From assembly GCF_036321535.1 (NCBI RefSeq), contig NC_087438.1, positions 2,110,001-2,174,000 of the forward strand: 64,000 nucleotides of DNA, in the 5' to 3' direction. The translations under genes were made by a program, and so were the position numbers. Origin of the DNA: Camelus dromedarius (Eukaryota). Positions 1 to 11,089 of the stretch are shown here, one piece after another. Below the pieces are notes generated by a model. The model was not told the DNA's origin, ran no database searches, and was given only the letters and a program-made list of their open reading frames with translations. Position 1 is the stretch's first letter; the number at the start of each line of letters is the position of its first letter.

Positions 1-1694
1 AACATCAGCTAGCGGCGCTGGCCACGTGCTGATGACCCTGCTGCGTGCTACGGTCAGCTGACACGGCCCCTGGTTAGAGAGGCCCCAACCAGAGCCGCCC
101 CAGGGGGCGGTGCTCCCAGCTCCCTGGGCTGCGCGACGCTGTGGGTGCTGATGCGGGGTATCAGGGAAGCGAGCCGAGCAGAGATGCTGCAGCCAGCAAC
201 CCCGGAAGGACCCGACCCACCATCTCCACACGGACACCCTGGCCCGCGGTGCGCTCTGCGGCCGGCCTCCCCCCCCGGGCCTTGGCTGTGGTGTTCGCTT
301 TCTCTTCCTCCAGCCAGTCCTCCTTTTCTGGACTGGAAGAGCTTCATGCGATCACTTTGTACGTCTGCATGGCGCCACCACTCTGAACAAATTGCTCACT
401 TACATGGTATTTTCCCGTGTTCTGTAGCCATTACAGAATTTAAATAAAATATTCATATGCACTTTCTTAATTAAAACATTTTTCTTGAAGCATGTTGGTG
501 AGCGTGGCCTCCGGCCTCCTCTTGCTCAAGGTTTGGAGACGCCCATGCCCACCTCACTGCCCCCTCACTCCTTTGAACTCCAGTTCAAACCCTTGTCATC
601 ACAAGCCTCTTCTGCAAACCAGACCAGAGATACTGTCATCTGTGGGAAAAAAAATTACCTTTACCCTCAGAATGAGCAGTCTCATTCTGTATGACATTCT
701 TGCCTGCATACTATTATCTTTTATTTGCCAAGAAAAGTTAAATCACCATAAAGCTGAAATGAGAAATATTAGGATAACTTTGGGAAAAGTACGCATTTTT
801 TTCCATTAGAAAGTAGCAATGGTATTTCAGCCCTGACATTGTTGTTTTCAGTAAGACAACTGTCCTAAAGTAAAAGGGGAAAAAAGAATATTTTTACATA
901 TGTATGTAAAGGTCCTGGTCCAACAACGGTGCTTTCAAAATAAGACAAATGGGGGTGAAGCAGAGACCGCTCGGGGGCTAGAACGCGCTTACCCGAGGAG
1001 TGTTCCTCCCCTGCCCACCCCCAGCAAGCAGATCATTTTGGCCCCTGAAGCTTAGATTTGCCCGGTGGACAGCACAACTCTTATTCCTATGACAGTGAAA
1101 TCAATCTTCCCCCCACAGGAAGCTAAACGGAGCAGCAAAAGGTAGTACCACGACCCACTCCCCGGGGCACAGGGCGCACTCTCGGGGTCCCCGTACTTGA
1201 GACGCTCCTGCCGGGTCGGCACACGCAGCCACAGTCAGACACTGCGGTCACGTACCAGTTGTGTTGTGATGCTGGCGGAGGCAACAGCAGCAACAAATTC
1301 TCTCAAAGAATTTATCCAAGACGTCATTCCAGCGGCTCCCCCCGGAAGCGGCCGGCCGGCCTCTGCGGCATGTGGGCCACGTGCCGCCACCTTACAGGGA
1401 ACTTTTTCACCACAGGAGGGCTCCCATATAAAAAGTGAAGTAAACTGTTAACAAAGGCATTAATCATTAAAAAACACAGTTGGAACAAATGCATGGAAAT
1501 AAAGCTGATATGATATCCATTGTTTTGATGAAATCCACACCTGCGAATTGGTCAGCTGGAACCCCAAGTAACTGTGAGAAACAATTAACGCCATGAAGCC
1601 CCCAGACTCATGCACTGTTTAACCCTGCAGTTAACTGAAACCATCACCCACCCAGCCCTACGCAGACAACGTGCACCATGGAGACGCTCCTCAA

Positions 1695-1987
1695 CATACC
1701 GCTTGTACGTGGAATCTAAAAACATGACACAATGAACTTACTCACAAAACAGAAACGGACTCACAGACGTAGAGAACCGACTTCCGGTTACTGAAGGGGA
1801 AAGGAGGCGGGATACAGTAGGAGCCTGGGATTAGCCGGCACACACTCCTGTACGTGACACAGATGAGCAGCACTCGGCATCTTGGAATAGCCTGCGGCGG
1901 CAGAGAGCACGGAAGAGACCCTGCATGTGTGTAACTGACACCTGAAACTAACACATCGGAAATCAATCCATGTCAATTAAAAAAAAT
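1695..1987 (+). mobile_element. 5'-truncated L1 (end of ORF2 + 3'UTR + poly-A), cetartiodactyl-type, heavily diverged
   Basis: GTGGAATCTAAAAA...ACAAAACAGAAACGGACTCACAGAC...GGTTACTGAAGGGGAAAGG...CCTGAAACTAACACA, ending in TCAATTAAAAAAAAA. Aligns by eye to the L1 3'UTR copy at 38046-38289. Confidence 0.85.
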
Positions 1988-3465
1988 TTTCTTGAAGTAG
2001 AAAAGAGAGTCACGAGTGGTTCAATAGCGTTAAAAAAAATAAAACCCACCACCCCTGTGTGAAGTGGCCCGCTTGCGTATTCCCCAGGTTTAACACACAT
2101 GTGCTGTGCGTGTTACCTGGGCTCCGAGCTCCCAGGAACTCAGTGTTGGGCAAGTGAAAATCTTTTTGGGGGAGCTGTATGGTCTCTCTCTGTTTTTCTT
2201 CCTGAGCAGGAAGGCCCGACTGGGGACAAACCGCTGTATTTTGAGGAACCCAGGCTGGCCTGCTCTTTGGCTGAGAGGAGACGTAGGCTGGAAGGGGCTG
2301 GAAGGGGCTGGAGGGCGGGTTCCACCGTGTGGCAGCGAGTCCCCACATGCTCAGGACTCCTGTTTCCAGAGTGAACAAGGTGCTGAGCAGGGCTTCTGCG
2401 GAGGGGAGGGCTGCGTAAGCCTGTAACTGGAAGCTGGCAACAGAGATTTCCGTGTTTGTGTTAATTATGGTTGCACGTGCCCTGCCCGAGTGGGGTAACT
2501 AGGAATTCCAGTCTGTGGGCCACATCGTCCTCAGCTACACAATAAGAGGGTCAAAGGTCAACAACACCGCTTCCAAATCTCAGCTTCTATCCTTCGTGGG
2601 GTCGTCCAGTCTGGGGAGTCAGGCTCCTGTTGGATGTGTTCAGTTTTACGTCTTTCCCTGAAAAGAGGAAGGGAACTGCCTGGTTGACTCTTATCCCGTG
2701 CACACGGGGAGCCCCTCCCCGCTCTGCTGTTCTGTGCAGCCCTCCTGGAGAACACAGCGTCCCAGCCTTCAGGGGCCGGGGGCCTCTCCCAGGCAGGTGG
2801 GCGCATGCAGAGCAGCCTGGGTGCAGGGTGGTGGGGCGGCCTTTGGCCACGGCGGGCTGACTTCCAGGCTCTGTCCCTGACACACAAAATGCCCGCCTGG
2901 GTGAGGACTGAATCCAGGGGACGTGATGACTAACAGCTGGTTTGGTTGTTTTGGCATCAATCGGACCAAGGCAGGTCCAGTGACTTACCCGCTGAGGGGG
3001 CTACAGTCAGGGCGCTGCCCCCTCCCCAAGCTTTATGATTCTGACGAGGACAAAGCCTGCCTCATTGCTTGGCAATGTACACACAGAAAATAGATTTCCT
3101 TTTAAAGGCTGAGCCCCTGATAAGAAACGCTGCCAGCTAGTGAATTTTCTGAGATCGGAAATAGGAAAGACCATGTTCCAACTCTCCCGCTTCCTGCCAT
3201 CGCGGGCGTCTTTGCAAGAGTGAAATGATTTGGTGGAGTTTGTGGACAGCTTCACTTCCATGCTCCTGTGGTTTTGTTCCTCCTCTTGAATATCCGTGTG
3301 TGGTAGGTCTCACCACCACCATCAACAGTGTCTGCACCCCGCCACGCAGACTTCACTGGGAATCCGCTGCCATCCCTCCTAAGCACACACCTCAGTTTTA
3401 ACCTTCACATCTCAGACCGAAGCCAAGCATGTAAAAGCCCTGGGCATCTGTACGTGTCTGTGTGC

Positions 3466-3701
3466 GTCCATGTAAGTACCTGCGCATATATGTGTATATT
3501 GTCCACGTAAGTACCTGCACATATATACACGTAAGTACCTGTGCATATATGTGCGTGTTGTCCACGTAAGTGCCTGCACATATATATGCATGTATTGTCC
3601 ACGTAAGTACCTGCACATATGTGTGTATTGTCCATGTAAGTACCTGCGCGTATATATGTTGTATTGTCCACATAAGTACCTGTGCATATATATGCGTGTA
3701 T
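3466..3701. repeat. Minisatellite, about 7 units of 24-37 bp, core TGTCCACGTAAGTACCTGCACATATAT
   Basis: The GTAAGTACCTG core (or a 1-nt variant) recurs at 3472, 3507, 3531, 3566, 3603, 3636 and 3672. Confidence 0.95.
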
Positions 3702-6700
3702 TTTTGATCCTGCATTTCCTGCTCCTTAATGCATTTAGAAAAAAAAACCCTGCTTGCAGGGCTTGGCAGGATGGTCCTGAGTCATAAACAGAATAACATG
3801 TTTTTAGGCTTTTCTATAAATCTGCTTCTGACCTGTTTTTTACCGAGTGCAATTTCATACCTCAAAAATGTAGAAAAGGCGGAGGGAACGGGCCGGCGAA
3901 ATGTGTCCAGAGCGTCTTGTGCAAGATGCTGAGCTGTGCTGTTTAGAGCCTGGAAGCGGATGCAGTGCTCGGGGCACCGGCTTGACTTTAGAGAGCGTCC
4001 CCAGCTGCCGGCCACTGCCCGGGAAACTGCACGACGATGGTGTGTTACTGCTGGGCTAATGAGACCCACGTTAGGAGAAGTGAAGTTAATAATGAAGTTG
4101 GAGGGATCCTCTCCACACACCGTCTTGCAACCGCTGTCCCCGGCTCTTAAAGTGAGCAACTGAAGACCAAAATGGGCCGGGATATAAAAATCAGCAGGCC
4201 AGGAAGCCTGTCGCAATGGGCGGAGCTTGGCTGAGTGTAAATCACGTGCTCTGGGAACTTTGGATTTGCTGCCGGTTCACATTGCTGGTTCTCACCCTGC
4301 GCGGAGCTGCCGGAGAACAGTGCTCCCACACGCGGCGTGGCGGGAGGGGCGGCTTGGCTCACGAGCAGGACCGCCCATCTCCAGGAGGAAGGGATCGCGC
4401 ACAAGCAGCGAGCATGGGTGCCCACGGATCCCATTAGTTTGTTGCCCAGAGCGTTAGTGAGGGGATTTGGGGTCCCGGCCCCTTCCATCCCACCGCACTG
4501 TATCTCGGGCTCCCTTGGTTTGAATCTAGTCCTGTGTCCACGTTTCACCTGGAAGATGTCCCCTGACCTGTCTCAGCCTCAGTCTACCAGGATGTGAACT
4601 GGGGATAATGTGGTCCCTGTTCACAAGCGGTCAGGAAGATTCAGAGAGATGAGTCAGGGAAGCCGCATGGAGCATCAGCTGGGACACAGCAGGAGCCCAG
4701 CGGCCTGGGGAGGCCTCCTCCTGATGACAGGGGCGGGGCCTGCAGGGGCTGGACCCATCGTGCCACCTCCTTCTTGCCGGAACGCCCCTGGTGCCCCGCT
4801 CCACCGCCTCCCCGCCCCTTGGCCCCGGCCCCCTAGGGCTTGCTAATGCTGCAACCGGGACCCCACGCAGTTCTCCGCACAGGAGGTTGCCCCTGACACA
4901 TCCCCAGGAGAGTTTGTCTCTGGGTTCATCCTTGTCTGCTGGTCCACAAACGCAGCTCACTGGGTGGGAGGGGGAGTTTCAGCTTGAAAATGCAAGCGTG
5001 ATTCACCCGAGGGGACTCGCCCTGGCTCACGTGACCCAGAAAATGGCCTTGTCTTCCTTTGACTCCGGACTGCATCAACCTAGTGTCGGCCCTGCTCCAC
5101 CTTCGCTGTCCCCCTACGTGGCCCAGAGCTCTGCCCTTACACACAACCTCATCAGCACCACGGCCTGGCCCAGGGACACCGGCTTGTCCGTCCAGTCCCG
5201 TGCTGTTTGCTTTGTCCCACCTACTTCCCATTTCCAGGACAACCTGGACGCATTTCCAAAATCTGTCCCAATTTCCTTTCATGAAAATGGTAGACGAAGT
5301 TCCCAAGCCGCACCGCTCCTGCCTCCACGCAGATGCAATTTTAAGTATGTCTGTGATCATAATGTGACAGACGAAACAAGTCAAAACAGTCCATGCGTCA
5401 GCGGGAGGGCCTGACTCAGGGCCTGACTCAAGTGACAGCACTTGGAGTCACACAGCCCGGGAACTGACCGGGAGGTCCTTTTAACAACTGTTGGGAGAGT
5501 GGATTTCTTAGCTGTAGCTCAGGCGACATCAGGCACCCTGGACTTGACCTTCAGGTGCTGCAGGGGGCGTGCCCCCCCGGAAGCGGCGGAAGACGGGCGA
5601 TAAATATGATGGCCGGTGAACATGACGGCCAGTTTCCAGGACCACGAGGCAAGGAACGTGCATAGAGGCATTTCAATATTTGTGCAAACTCACACAGCAC
5701 AAGCCGTCTCCCTTTCATATTTAATAAAGATCTCCTCGTCGGCTGCGGCCAGCGATAAGCGCAATATCCTTCAACGGTTATCCTGGGGTCACCACTCAAG
5801 TGCTTTCTGCCGGTCGGAGCAGAAGCTGTGCGTAGCTGCTGTGTGCATTTCATAAACCCAAGGAAAAAAATTTTTTTGATTTGGCTTTTTCCTCTATCTT
5901 AAATGCTTTATTTTTCAGGGGCGAGATAAGGCCTGGTTCTTCCCACAACACCGGAGCTCAGCCATGCCTGCGTCTCTCTCCGCTGAGAAGGGGCCGCCTG
6001 TGCACAGATGTCTCAGATTAAATTGTACCTCACAGCCCTTGCAGCGCGGGCACTGGATGAACTGCCAGAAGGGCCGTAGGCAAGAACTAAATTGCTTTGG
6101 TTTCAGTACACAGTGAATTTGGCTCAGACAAGCTGAATCAGTACATTAAATGCGAATCCCTCGCAGATTTGAAAGCAGCCTTTAGCACAATTATTGACTG
6201 TGAGTGATGATTATGTCTAATTGAAGGAGACTTCTGCTACCTGTGGCTCGGCTGGAGTCTACCCGAGCCGCGGCGAGGCCCTGCCTCTTAATTCAATGTT
6301 CCGGCTTGAGAGCAGCCATCCGAGCTAAACCCGGACGTGTGTACACACGGTCGATACACTTTAATAAACTTTACAGGTTCGGTAACGAGGCTGAGTATAT
6401 AATGCAATTTTTTAAATTCAGCGAAGGAAAGTAGCTAACAAGTCTGCCGGGCGGTGGCAGTTCCCGCACAGAGACCTCCCAGAAAAACCCGCAGACCCTC
6501 CAGGCTCCTCTGGGGAAGCTGCTCCTCCCCTCGCCAAGGCGCCCGGGGGCGGGTCTCAGGCCTGTGGCTCGGACCAGGCCCCCTGGAGACCCCTGAGGAG
6601 GCCGGAATAAGGCGGCAGTCCCGCATCTTCGTTGGGGGTCCCTGCCAACTGCCTGAGATGCAGACAGATCCCTTGGTAGCACCCGCCTGCTTGCCCGGGC

Positions 6701-6844
6701 CGGCCAGCCCCGACTCGCCCTCCCCGGCCGACCACGGCCAGCGCGTGGCTCCGAGCCGGCCGACCTCGCCCCGAAGTCGTTGACTTTCCTTGGCAAATGA
6801 GAGGCAGTTTCTCATGGGGCTACAGCTAAGGTCTCACTTGTCTT

Positions 6845-6935
6845 TAATTTTTAATTGTTTTTTATTGAAGTGTGATTGATGTACAATGCTGGGTTAATTT
6901 CTGGCGTGAAAACAGCGACACGGTTGTACAGGCTC
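6845..6935 (-). mobile_element. Short L1 3'-terminal fragment
   Basis: T-rich tail followed by TTTTATTGAAGTGTGATTGATGTACAATGCTGGGTTAATTTCTGG, the reverse complement of the L1 3' terminus also seen at 12676-12740. Confidence 0.65.
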
Positions 6936-8894
6936 GTGTACTCCCTCTCCGAGAATCTCAGTCTCGTGCTCCGTGAGAAAGACGGCACGCGGCAGCACGC
7001 CGCCAGTGCTCTGGCTGAGGCGCTCTCTCTGCCCGGGCTTCTGCGTGTTTGTGGCTTCAACCCACCAGCACTTTTCGAGTTGGAGTCAATTCAATTTGAA
7101 TGAGCACTTAGGTCACTGGGCATCATCTTAAAGAGCACTGTTGGCAGGATTTGTAAGCAGGTTCCTTTCCAGCGCTGCGGACCCCCAGCTTGGTCACACG
7201 CCCCCCTGAGACCATCTCTCACGTGGCCCAGAAGCCCTGTCACCAAGCCTGGTTGCCATTAACTTTCCTCAGGAGGGATGGCTGACATCCACATGTGTTT
7301 GAGTTATGATTTTCCACAAATCGAAGCATTTGTCATAGAATAAAAACAGCCCCCCCACGGAAGGATCACGTGGGCCCTGAGGATGGTGGCAGACGTGGAC
7401 GTGGGTGAGCCGGCTCTGAGCACTCACAGGCCAGGGGCTCACTGGCCCCGGGAGCCCTGGGACAGCCCGGCTGCCTCACGCCTGCCCGCCCGTGGCTCGG
7501 TGCTCCCTGTGGCTCCCTGGCCTGCACCACATGGGAACCCGGGGCCCAGCTCACATCAGCAGTCTGTTCCCGTGTCTTGTGAAAACCCAAGGGGAGGCCC
7601 TTCCGCTCAGTCAGCTGAAAGCTGAGGTAGCTATTTGTTCTGTGTCTGCGTGGAGACCAGAGTACCAGGTCACTGATTTCAGGATGACTGAGACGTCTCT
7701 TGGCCCCATCCTCCCTTTGGGAAATCCTTGTGAGCGAGCTGGGAGGCCACCTGGGAGCCGGGAGGTACTTTGGCACCAAGGCCACTCGCGCACCAGGGCT
7801 CTTCAGGCCGCCCCCTGCCCTGCAGCCTCGGCCGCCCCTCGGAGGCGTCTCCCACGTGCTGCGAAGACCGTCTGAGAACCAGGAAGGGTGCTCTTCGTGG
7901 CCTGACGACTTCAGCACCAACGAGGCTGTGAGGCGAGTGGCCACCGAGCATCACGATGTTTCATTTCTGCTCACGTCCTCAGCGACCAGCGTCCCCCTGG
8001 CTGCTGCAGGGCAGGCGCTGACCGGACGCTCGTCTCCAGGGAGCGCGGGCCCTGCGTCAGAGGCTCACAGCCCTGCGTACGGTCTCTACATGGTGAAGAT
8101 GACAGGAGGGGGACCAGCCTGATGCCTTCACTGACTGGGTGCACAGGGCAGTGACAATTTATTGAATTAAATTGAATTCAGGGTCTTCAGAAGCAGGAGT
8201 GGGGCCTCCAGCCAGGGGGCTGAGATGCCGTCAGAGCAAAGAAGGAAGCAGAGTAATTAAGGAGACCCACGCTGTCGGCTTTCCTGCGTTTTCTTACCTC
8301 TGTCGGCGGTGTGTCCCTTTATTTGGCAAAATTCTCATTTTGATGAGTGCAAGGTTGACTAGCGGGCACTTTAAGGCAACAGTGATTTAAGAAAAAAATG
8401 TTTTAATTTTCTTAAGAGAGTTTATTCTTAAGTCCCAGCGTCCCGGACATAGTGTCCTTTTATTTGGGGGCAAATGTGCTGATGGTCATGATGTTGAGTT
8501 TCTCAAACAGACTGTTGAATGTTTTTAAGGTTCTTTTACAATAGTTTGGGAAGCGAATTTTAAGATTCTCCATGTTCTTGCAGAGTCTGGGGCCCTCTGA
8601 GCTCAAGCTGGTGGCACTGGGATGCCCAGCACGCTGCCCAAGAGGTGGAGGGGCCTGCGGACCCGAGAGGCAGCCCTGTGCCTCCCGGCCCCTCCTAAGG
8701 TGCAGATCCGTCTCCTGCGGCCTCTGATCCTGACCCGCGGGGCCCGGGGCCGGTAGGCAGGGGACACAGACCTTGGTCCAGCTACTGTGGGACAAGTCCT
8801 TTTTAATGTAGGGTCACCTCCAGCCCCTGGCTCTGCTGAGAAAGCTGGATCCCATGAGCTCTCCCTCCATCCTCCAGTTGGGGGGGCTCTGAAC

Positions 8895-8958
8895 ATCAGC
8901 AGTATGACCCTGGGCAGATTGCCCCCCATGCCTCAGTTTCCTCACCTGCAAGGTGCAG
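8895..8958 (+). mobile_element. MIR core fragment
   Basis: TGACCCTGGGCAG...TGCCTCAGTTTCCTCACCTGCAAG matches the MIR core motif. Confidence 0.6.
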
Positions 8959-9061
8959 CCCTGCCCCATGACTGGAGGAGGAACCCGGTGTAGACAAGCG
9001 TATTTGGCAGGGGGTGAGTTCTCCAAGCCGGTCAGCTGGTGTGGCCATGCCTGTTACCACC

Positions 9062-9590
9062 GTGTTAGCCTCCCGCGGCTCCTGTACCGTGGGACCGCTA
9101 ACCCGGGGCTGAAACCAGCACACATCTGCCTTCTCACAGTTCCAAGATCAGAATTCCAGCATCAGCATCAAAGGGGAAAAGTCAAGTTGTTGGCAGGGCT
9201 GGTTCCCTCTGGAGAGGGAAGACTTTGTCACCCTGCCCCAACCCCGAGGGGAGAGTTCGTCCCTGCCCTTTTCAGGTTCTAGAGGAGCCCGCACTCCTTG
9301 GCCTGCCCCCCTCCATCCTCAAAGCCAGCAGCTGGCATCTCCTCTCCTTTGTACCCTCTGTTTCTGTCCTCAGGTCTTCTCTCTCACTCTGACACCTCTG
9401 TCTCCCTCTTCTGGGACACCTACGATGACATTGGACTCCCCCCACCCCAGATAATCCAGGAAAACCTCCCACCTCCAGGTCCTTAATTTAAACACATCTA
9501 CAAAGTCCCTTTTGCCCCATGAGGCCACGTACCCACAGGCCTTGGGAATGAGGGCTGGGGTCTTCGGAGACCCATTTTCAGATCACCGCA
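9062..9590 (-). mobile_element. Solo LTR, MaLR MLT1D-like
   Basis: CCAGATAATCCAGGAAAACCTCCC, TCCTTAATTTAAACACATCTACAAAGTCCCTTTTGCC and GGCAGGGCTGGTTCCCTCTGGAG are reverse-complement MLT1D hallmarks. Confidence 0.8.
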
Positions 9591-9639
9591 GCTGCCACCC
9601 CCGGGTCTGGCTCCCCCTGTGACCCCACCTGGCCGTTTT

Positions 9640-10000
9640 TATTTCCCTGAGCAGAGTGACTGGTTCATGGATGCACATGACCAGATCCAGGCTAATCCGA
9701 TCACTCTTGGAATCACTGTGGATGATGGAATACAAAATCAGGATTTCTCAGAGGCAACGTTTTCCAGCACCTGGGAGATCTTACCTGAGGAGGAAGCATT
9801 GCAAAAGAAGACAGAGCTGACAGACAATGAGAAAGAGGCAGTGCTTCTTGGGGCACAGTCAGAGCTCCTGGATCCAGCTGTTCCTGAAGGCGATGGACCT
9901 CAGCACTTCTTGCTCTTGAGCACCAAGAAATACCCTCGGTCGTGTAAAGTCGTCTCTGTTTCTACTGTTCTTATCAAAAGCGACATTGTGCCTGACGTGG
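9640..10000 (+). mobile_element. Old MaLR LTR fragment (MLT1J/K/L-like)
   Basis: GTGACTGGTTCATGGATGCACATGACC and GAGCTCCTGGATCCAGCTGTTCCTGAAG...GAGCACCAAGAAATACCCTC resemble the 3' half of MLT1K/L. Confidence 0.55.
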
Positions 10001-10751
10001 CAGAGAGCGTTCCTGGGTGCCTTCTAGTCCCACGGGGCTTTCCCCTGACAGAAGGAGAAAACCCCCGTGTACCAGGGAGGCCTCCCGGTACACGCGGCCC
10101 ACCCACCACAGGCTCCATGGTGGTTTCCATGAAATCTGAGAAAGTTGTTTTTTCCCGGTATATATTTACAGGGATCCATTAGATCAAAGTTAACATTTTT
10201 TTTCCCAAAGTGTGTTGAAGACTGAACCGTGATGACTGCTGCTTGTTCAGGCAACATTAAAACATTTCCAGGCACACAGGCGCCCTGCCCACTGGATCAC
10301 GTGTGCGCGCGCTCCCAGCCGTGGAGGATCACGTCCTGCATGAAGCTCGTGCCCGCGTGCTCGGTGGTTTCCCTGCTGTGCAGCAGCTCTGTGATTTCAC
10401 GTCCCTTGCGTATCTCATTAAGTCCTCCCAGAACTGGTTTCTTTATGTATTTTTTATGCTGTTTTGGAAAACTGGAATGACATGTAAACACTCAACAGGG
10501 AAAGACGAACAACGCAAAGTGGATTTAGGAACAATCGTGATGGGAAGGCAGTGGGTCCTTCCCACCCACACAGGCCTGGTGCCGTGGCCGCGGAGAGAGC
10601 CTCGCCTTTCTAACCTCATGAACGCCACACTAATAACCAACACAGGGTCCTTCCCCCGGGTCGCCACCGGTACCACACCGTCAGGCAACCCCACACACCT
10701 GAGGACGCTGGCGCACAAGGCCGAGGTGGCCTTGGTCCTCTGGGGCACGGG

Positions 10752-11089
10752 CCTCATCAGCAGAGTGTCTATAACAAAGCATCACAGGCCGAGTGGTGCA
10801 AACAGTGATGTTTATTCCTTACAGTTCTGAAGCTGGGAAGCCCGAGATGAAAGTCCGCAGCGAGGACCCTCTTCCTGGTCTGCAGACAGCCACCTTCTTG
10901 GCGGGTCCTCCTGGGGTGCAGAGAAAGCTCAAGCCCCTTGTGACCCTTATTAGAAGGACACTAACCGCACTTGCCAGGGCTCCACCCTCGTGACCTAGTC
11001 CCCCCAGTGCCCACCTCCTAATATCGTCACGTTGGGGGCTAGGGCTTTGGCACGTGAATCCTGGGGGGACAGACATTCAGGCCGGAGCA
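10752..11089 (-). mobile_element. Solo LTR, MLT1A-like
   Basis: TATAACAAAGCATCACAG...CAGTTCTGAAGCTGGGAAGCCCGAGAT...CCACCTCCTAATATCGTCACGTTGGGGG...GGGGGGACAGACATTCAG. Confidence 0.8.

Noticed and set aside
3466..3701. CRISPR-like repeat/spacer periodicity
   Set aside because: The 'spacers' are homologous AT/GT-rich variants of each other, there are no cas genes, and the context is mammalian. It is a minisatellite.
4174..4230. TATAAAA at 4183 with a nearby GC box as a promoter
   Set aside because: Isolated short motifs, with the GC box downstream of the TATA and no linked exon or transcript evidence.
5151..5171. REST/RE1-like site TCAGCACCACGGCCTGG
   Set aside because: The left half is good but the right half (GGACAG) is mismatched at key positions.
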